64,000 nt of DNA from the NCBI GenBank assembly GCA_965601925.1, contig OZ271854.1:2336001-2400000 (forward strand). The letters are read 5' to 3'. Of the stretch, positions 58,462 to 64,000 are shown one piece after another. The DNA comes from Alkalispirochaeta sp. GTDB lineage: Bacteria; Spirochaetota; Spirochaetia; DSM-27196; Alkalispirochaetaceae. A program made the translations under genes and the position numbers. The notes under the pieces are model-generated. The model worked only from the letters and a program-made list of their open reading frames with translations. It was not told the origin of the DNA and did not search any database. How positions within the stretch are numbered: position 1 is the stretch's first letter; every line of letters begins with the position of its first letter.

Positions 58462-58731
58462 CTCACCTCCCTCGGTATCGCAGTCCCACTTAGGCGAGTG
58501 TGTCGCCAACCAAATGCGCCGCCGCCGTCAAAAAGGCGGAGAACGTTCGGCGAAGCGGTGGCTCTACCGGAGGATCCATCACCCCATCGATTAAGTGAAG
58601 CTGCAGTTCTCTTGTGTTGTCCTCGGTTCGGCGCAAGGTCGCTCCATTCGATTTCCGTTACGGGACGATATTCGGCTACTTCGGCCCGATCTTGTGGTGC
58701 GGAATACTGTTTGCCTCCATTCGGCGGTCCC

Positions 58732-60162
58732 TCAAAAAAAGTATCTCACATTCCACGAGATGCCGTGACCGACCGGGGAGAGCCACGCCTCGTTGCGCCT
58801 CCCATCGTCAAGGCTGAACTGTCCGCTGTAGCGGAGATCGGTGGTCAAGGTGCCCTCGTAGTTCAGGTTGAGCGATGCCGTCGGCGTCACGAAGAGGACG
58901 CGTGAGTCGGGAGAGAATACGAGATTCACGTCGAAGGTCGCGTCGGCGTCGTACCACGGAATGGTGAGGTTCACAAGCCAATAGTGCCGCGCGAAGTACG
59001 ACGGGGTGTACAGCGCGTAGTATTCACCGGTGATACCTCCCGAGTCTTCCAGAGTGTCCAGAGCCTCGGCGTAGTCCTCTCGCCGATCCTGGTCCCACCC
59101 CTCCCCGTTGTAGAAGTATTCCGCGGCGAGTACAGGGCCCGACGGAAAGTAGTACTCCGCGCCCAGGAGACCCGACGGTATCGGCCCATCCCGCATAACC
59201 GTGGCGGCGCCCGTCGCCTCCGGGGCGTTGCGTCGTGAGCGGGATCGGACGACCCCTTCGCCGTAAAACCCGACTCCCCTCACATCTACATAGGTCGCCG
59301 CAGCGACTGCGTTGGGATACGTATCCGCCGGGTCGGACGCTCTCTCCGCGCCGCCGTAAAGACCGGCGACCTTCAATTCCACCGCCGGCGCGATGAGTGT
59401 TATTTCGGCGCCCGCCAACAGTTCGTCGTAGTCCCAGCCGCGTCCGTCGCTCGGCAGCGCCCCGTAGACCTCGGCGAGGAGCCACGCCGCGTGAGTGTAT
59501 TGTACCGTGAGACCGTCCACTCCGCGCAGAGATGCATCGGCGTCGGTCGGGTCCTTCGGTGGGTTGGCGAGATCGACGGGATTCCAACCATACCCGTACC
59601 CGGTGAGATAGCTCTGGCGACCGAGGGTAACGCGTAGGTTCGCATTGGGTGTCCACGCCGCCGATGCTCTGAGGAGGTCGACGGTGTAGATGTACGCATC
59701 AGAGGTAAATGTGAGGTCCGCCACCGCTTGTTCCAAAAGACCTGCCTGCGGATCGGCCACACCGGATGCTGCGGCGGTGAGTGAAGAGACGCCGGACAAC
59801 AGCTCGGCTATAGGATACCGTTTGAGCTGCAGCCACACGTCGAGAGCCCCCGTTTCGCCGGTGTCGGTGAGCTTCAGGTTAATCTCGTTACCAAACGTCA
59901 CATCGCGGAACTCCAGGACGTTACTCGGGTTGAGCGGCGATTCGTAGTCGTCGTACCGTGGAATGTTGAGGCCGACTTCGGGCTTCAGCTCGCCGCTGAA
60001 GGCCGCCTCGCCGACGGCCGTACCGGAAGACAAGACGAACATGATGATCGCCGCAGCGCATACTCCCATACGCAGGATCGCCGGCGATTGGGCGACGTTT
60101 CGTGGGAAGACGCATCCCGTCGGCGACGCCACACGCCTCGATCGTCTCATGTATAATCCCAT
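58732..60162 (-). CDS. Probable outer-membrane beta-barrel protein
   Basis: Signal peptide, LGRQ..GYGYGWNPVD, GVDG, EYFYNG, C-terminal VRYFF. Confidence 0.7.
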   Translation of the reverse strand: MGLYMRRSRRVASPTGCVFPRNVAQSPAILRMGVCAAAIIMFVLSSGTAVGEAAFSGELKPEVGLNIPRYDDYESPLNPSNVLEFRDVTFGNEINLKLTDTGETGALDVWLQLKRYPIAELLSGVSSLTAAASGVADPQAGLLEQAVADLTFTSDAYIYTVDLLRASAAWTPNANLRVTLGRQSYLTGYGYGWNPVDLANPPKDPTDADASLRGVDGLTVQYTHAAWLLAEVYGALPSDGRGWDYDELLAGAEITLIAPAVELKVAGLYGGAERASDPADTYPNAVAAATYVDVRGVGFYGEGVVRSRSRRNAPEATGAATVMRDGPIPSGLLGAEYYFPSGPVLAAEYFYNGEGWDQDRREDYAEALDTLEDSGGITGEYYALYTPSYFARHYWLVNLTIPWYDADATFDVNLVFSPDSRVLFVTPTASLNLNYEGTLTTDLRYSGQFSLDDGRRNEAWLSPVGHGISWNVRYFF

Positions 60163-60176
60163 GTGCGGCTCCCCGC

Positions 60177-60947
60177 CTATCTGATCGTGTCGAGGTAGGC
60201 CGTATTGAAAAAACGCTCCTCGACCCGCTCAGAGTTGAACTCCAGGTACTCGGTGACGATGACGCTCACCGAATCTCTCGCCAGGCTCCGCATCGTGATG
60301 TGGAAGGGATACTCGATATCTGCAACGACGCGAAAGTCCTCCAGCTCCATAACCTTGATCGCCGCGCCGTCCTCAAAGTACTCGATGCGTCGGTAGCGAT
60401 GTTCGGCCTCGGTTATCCAGACCGTGAGCCGTTCGTAGGCGTCGCGTTCGCCGTCCCGCGGCGTGAGCATTAAGCGGTGACATCGGACACCGTCGATGCG
60501 CTCCATACCGTCGTAGGTCGCCCGGTAGCGGTCGGAGAAGCTGCGGCTCCCCTCGCCCATGTCGGCATAGGAGAAGTCGCTTCCTGCGGCGGAGTTTTTT
60601 TTCGCCGAGGAGCTCAATTTGCGGACGCGTCCGGTCGAGGCGAAGCGCACCCACAGGTCGTCGCCCACCATCAGATAGGCCGTCCCGGACACCCGGGGGG
60701 GCGAGAGAAAGATCGACAGCGACCGCGAAACGCCCTCTCGCGACTCCAACTCGTAGCCTTCAATGACTTGCGGAGCCTGATCGCGGCCGGAGCGGGTGAC
60801 GTGGAGTGTGCTCCTGGAGTAGACGCCGTCGAGGCGGAAGATGCGATCCGCGTCGGTGAGGATAGCCGTTGCGTCCTGGGACGTTACGGTCGACACCGCC
60901 GCGACCGACGCGAGTACGATGAGTATCAGGATGGTTCTTGTCTTCAT
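60177..60947 (-). CDS. Outer-membrane lipoprotein-sorting protein (LolA-like fold)
   Basis: Signal peptide, FLSPPRVSGTAYL, GSDFSYAD, FFNTAYL. Confidence 0.8.
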   Translation of the reverse strand: MKTRTILILIVLASVAAVSTVTSQDATAILTDADRIFRLDGVYSRSTLHVTRSGRDQAPQVIEGYELESREGVSRSLSIFLSPPRVSGTAYLMVGDDLWVRFASTGRVRKLSSSAKKNSAAGSDFSYADMGEGSRSFSDRYRATYDGMERIDGVRCHRLMLTPRDGERDAYERLTVWITEAEHRYRRIEYFEDGAAIKVMELEDFRVVADIEYPFHITMRSLARDSVSVIVTEYLEFNSERVEERFFNTAYLDTIR

Positions 60948-60948
60948 G

Positions 60949-63708
60949 TTAACGATCTTCCTTTCCGAACAGTCGGGGTGACAGATTCCACTTCCAGCGT
61001 TCCGACGCGATGACGAGGAACGCCGGGTGAAACAGAACTGCGTAGATGAATGCCAGCGCCATCGCCACCGTGAGCACGATTCCCGTACTGCGCATCGCAC
61101 GCATGATCGACGGAATAAAGGAGGCGAACCCGATCATGGTCGTTGCGGTGGTAAGGGCGACCGCCGAACCGGTGCGCGAGAGCGCGGTGGCCATATTCCC
61201 TCGCCCCTCGAGTAGATAGCGATGGTTGATATGTACCGAGTTGTCGACGCCGATTCCCACCAGAAGCGGGATGGCGATGATGTTTATGAAGTCGAATTTG
61301 ATATCGAATATCGCCATCACCCCGTAGAGAGAGACAAATGAGAAAAACAACGGTACGAATGTCAGCCCTACGAGGCGCAGGTTGCGAAAGTCGAGGAGTA
61401 GTATGGCACCTACGGCGACGAGGGCCGCGATCATCGCCCTCACACCGTCGCGTCGCGCGATGGCGGTCAGTTGGTCCGCCGCCAGGATCATCCCGGTACC
61501 GCGATCGGTGACCGTCGACACCTGAGCCGTAAACACGGAGCGGTAGCGACCTTCCCACGGGTTGCGGCGCGGCGAGATCGTCGTCAAGGTGGACTCGCCG
61601 TCGCGAGATAGGAATGTGTCTCGCGTCATCGGCGGCAAGTCGGCCAGGGTCACCTCATCGGTGCCGGCCATTTCGTATAGCCGCCCTGCAAGGCGCCTCG
61701 AGAAGGCGTCGCGGTAGGCGACGAGTGAGTCCGTATGGAACTCCCCCGACTCGAGCGTTTCCAAGAGGCGATCAAAGACCGACGGTGCGACTTTGGTCCC
61801 TGCGGCGTCGAGACCGGTGGCGCGATTGAGTGCAAAGGCGGCACGATCGGTTCCGCCGAGGACGGCTAAATCGCCCATCTCGATCAAGTTGGCCTCGAGG
61901 CGGTAGAGCTCATCAATGAGGAGGTCCAGATCGGGCTCCACACGCGGTTGCCACCCTGCGACATTGTCCCGAATATCCCGTAAGTATGCCCGACGTTCCG
62001 CCTGTGCGGCCTCCGTGGGCCACCAGTCGGTAATCGCGTCCACCATCTTCACCGACTCCAAGTCTTCCAGCTCATCTACGATGCGTGGGAGCTCCGAACG
62101 CCCCTCCGAGATGACGTAGAGTACATCCGGCGCCGCGCCGAACTCATCGACCATCGTATCCTGAAGCGCTATCGATTCGAGCCCTTCGGCCTCCATCTCC
62201 ATAAGATTGTCCTCCAGCTCCACCCGCGGCGCTTGGGACCCGAGCGCGACTCCCAACGTGAGGAGGGCCAGAACCGTCGCACCGGGGCGGCGCGCTACGG
62301 TACGGGCGATGCCGCCGGCGAACTCCGATCGGGTGGGTGACGCTTTGGCGACGACGGGGTCGGTTGCCCCGGTACGTTCCAGGCGCTTTTGGCGCCGCCC
62401 CAAGAGGGCCGGCACCACCATCAGCATCGCCGCCAACTCGCAGAGAATCCCGACCCCGGCGACGATGGCCAACTCGCGAACCATCTCGCTCTCCGCGAGA
62501 AGGAGCGCAAAGAAGGCTGCGGCGGTGGTGAAGGCACCGGTCACGATGCCCTTCCCGCTCTTGGCGAAGCTCGCGGTGAGAGCGGTGAGGAACTGTCGAC
62601 CGCGGACGCGCTCCTGTACAAAGCCGGTCATGAGATGCACGGCGTAGTCGACACCCAGCCCTACGAGGGCTACCAGGTACATCGCGGTCATGATATTGAG
62701 GCGCCGCATCGTGAAACCGGTGATCCCCGTCGTCCAGACGATACCGAGGAGGAGGGGGACGCCGACGATGATCGGGGTCGACCGAATGCGAAACACCGCG
62801 ATCATCAGTGTCAGAATCAGAATAACGGCGATAGACATCGAGAGGGCGAACCCTTGCTCGGACGTAACCATTTCGTCGCGTCCGACCACGGTGAAGCCGG
62901 TGAGTCCCGCCTCGACGCCGTGTGCGGCGGCGATCTCTTTGACACGCGCATCGATTCGGTTCGTCTCCGAAACGAGGGGGCCGAGGTCGTTTATGGTATA
63001 GGTCGGGTTGAGGAACACGAGCCCCATGTCCTCCGAGCGGCTCAGGAAATAGGTCTCACCGATAAGATATTCGTCCAACGTCGCCTCGATCGCCTCACCA
63101 TCGATCCCGTCGCCCTCTACCGCGTGCGCAAGGCCGTCAAGGATGCCTTCCACCCCACCGACCCACGCGACCAGCTGCGCTTCGTCGTCTTCCAATGCGT
63201 CTCCGTCGCCCGAGTATTCCCGCTCAAGGTCGTCGTTTAGGGCGGATAGGAACGGGAGTATATCGGGGTCGGCGTGGATTCTTTGGAGGCGTTCCAGGTC
63301 TTTCGGCTCTACAAGGAGGAGGCCGTAGTCTCGGACAAACTGCCGGTCGACCTTGTTGTACACCCCCTCCACCGCGGATGAGAACTCCTCGGAGGCGAAG
63401 ACGGTGGCCATCTCGTCGATAACCCGCTTTACCGTTTCGGTGGCGTGTTCCCCTCCGACCGCACGGCCGTCGACGACGACGACGATGGTGGAGGCGAATG
63501 GATACTCCGCCGTGATACGCTTGAGGTCCTGCACCTGAGGAGAACTCTGCGGCATGATGGAGAAGAAGGTCATATCCAGTTTCAAAAGTGATACGCCGAC
63601 GAGCATGATCAGCGTGATCGTCAGCGCGGCGAGGAGAACACGCTCCGGATGGAGGCCCGCCCACGCCGCCCAGCGTGAGAGCGCACCGCGCTCACGATAC
63701 TCATTCAT
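60949..63708 (-). CDS. MMPL/RND family transporter
   Basis: Two TM repeats with GLGVDYAVH and GIGVDNSVH; large periplasmic domains. Confidence 0.9.
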   Translation of the reverse strand: MNEYRERGALSRWAAWAGLHPERVLLAALTITLIMLVGVSLLKLDMTFFSIMPQSSPQVQDLKRITAEYPFASTIVVVVDGRAVGGEHATETVKRVIDEMATVFASEEFSSAVEGVYNKVDRQFVRDYGLLLVEPKDLERLQRIHADPDILPFLSALNDDLEREYSGDGDALEDDEAQLVAWVGGVEGILDGLAHAVEGDGIDGEAIEATLDEYLIGETYFLSRSEDMGLVFLNPTYTINDLGPLVSETNRIDARVKEIAAAHGVEAGLTGFTVVGRDEMVTSEQGFALSMSIAVILILTLMIAVFRIRSTPIIVGVPLLLGIVWTTGITGFTMRRLNIMTAMYLVALVGLGVDYAVHLMTGFVQERVRGRQFLTALTASFAKSGKGIVTGAFTTAAAFFALLLAESEMVRELAIVAGVGILCELAAMLMVVPALLGRRQKRLERTGATDPVVAKASPTRSEFAGGIARTVARRPGATVLALLTLGVALGSQAPRVELEDNLMEMEAEGLESIALQDTMVDEFGAAPDVLYVISEGRSELPRIVDELEDLESVKMVDAITDWWPTEAAQAERRAYLRDIRDNVAGWQPRVEPDLDLLIDELYRLEANLIEMGDLAVLGGTDRAAFALNRATGLDAAGTKVAPSVFDRLLETLESGEFHTDSLVAYRDAFSRRLAGRLYEMAGTDEVTLADLPPMTRDTFLSRDGESTLTTISPRRNPWEGRYRSVFTAQVSTVTDRGTGMILAADQLTAIARRDGVRAMIAALVAVGAILLLDFRNLRLVGLTFVPLFFSFVSLYGVMAIFDIKFDFINIIAIPLLVGIGVDNSVHINHRYLLEGRGNMATALSRTGSAVALTTATTMIGFASFIPSIMRAMRSTGIVLTVAMALAFIYAVLFHPAFLVIASERWKWNLSPRLFGKEDR

Positions 63709-64000
63709 AGTACCTCCTTCGTCTCAGCGCGATCCACCGCAGCGATTCGCGCCCAAATCGCATTGCACACCCGGGGGCCTAAAACGGCGTATTCCTTGCG
63801 ATCGTTGAGGGCTCCCAACAACAGCGCGCCTTCATAGAAGGCCGTTATTTCATAGGCGACCGCCTCTATATCCACATCACCACGGATCTCTCCCTGCGCC
63901 GCCGCCGCTTCCATCGCATCGACGAGATTCTCCCGGAAGGCGGTGTAGATCTCGTCGACTCGTTCGTGAAGCTCGGGAAATTTCTTGAGGGACGCCAAAA
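63705..64000 (-). CDS. TetR family regulator, C-terminal part (gene begins beyond the window)
   Basis: GEIRGDVD.E..A......EG TetR C-terminal pattern; ATGA overlap with the MMPL gene. Confidence 0.7.
   Translation of the reverse strand, partial: LASLKKFPELHERVDEIYTAFRENLVDAMEAAAAQGEIRGDVDIEAVAYEITAFYEGALLLGALNDRKEYAVLGPRVCNAIWARIAAVDRAETKEVL

Overview
GC-rich bacterial chromosome segment, probably from a free-living Spirochaetales organism (inferred from 'FAxG/FGSG'-type signal peptides and gene content; not proven). No phage, integrase, transposase or CRISPR was found. Much of the window encodes nucleobase/N-heterocycle catabolism: a cyclase-family amidohydrolase, a UraA-type NCS2 permease upstream of a DUF2877-FdrA-DUF1116 (YahEFG/AllFGH-like) trio, a divergent Na+-translocating (methyl)malonyl-CoA decarboxylase, two xanthine-dehydrogenase-family molybdoenzyme clusters, a cytosine-deaminase-like enzyme, MocA and carbamate kinase. 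Transporters (SSS, TTT, Fe/B12-type ABC, MATE, P1B-4 ATPase, MMPL module), RavA/ViaA, Hsp20, ndk, pepF and tRNA-Cys fill the rest. Three observations stand out. (1) An adjacent gene pair at 3585-6071 appears to be a reciprocal chimera: LplA-N half + acyl-CoA ligase C part, then acyl-CoA ligase N part + LplA-C half. (2) The catabolic genes fit a possible energy-conserving oxidative pyrimidine pathway. (3) A 7x54-bp hairpin tandem array has an inverted variant copy and AT-rich palindromic flanks. All family calls come from motif recognition by eye; no database searches were run.
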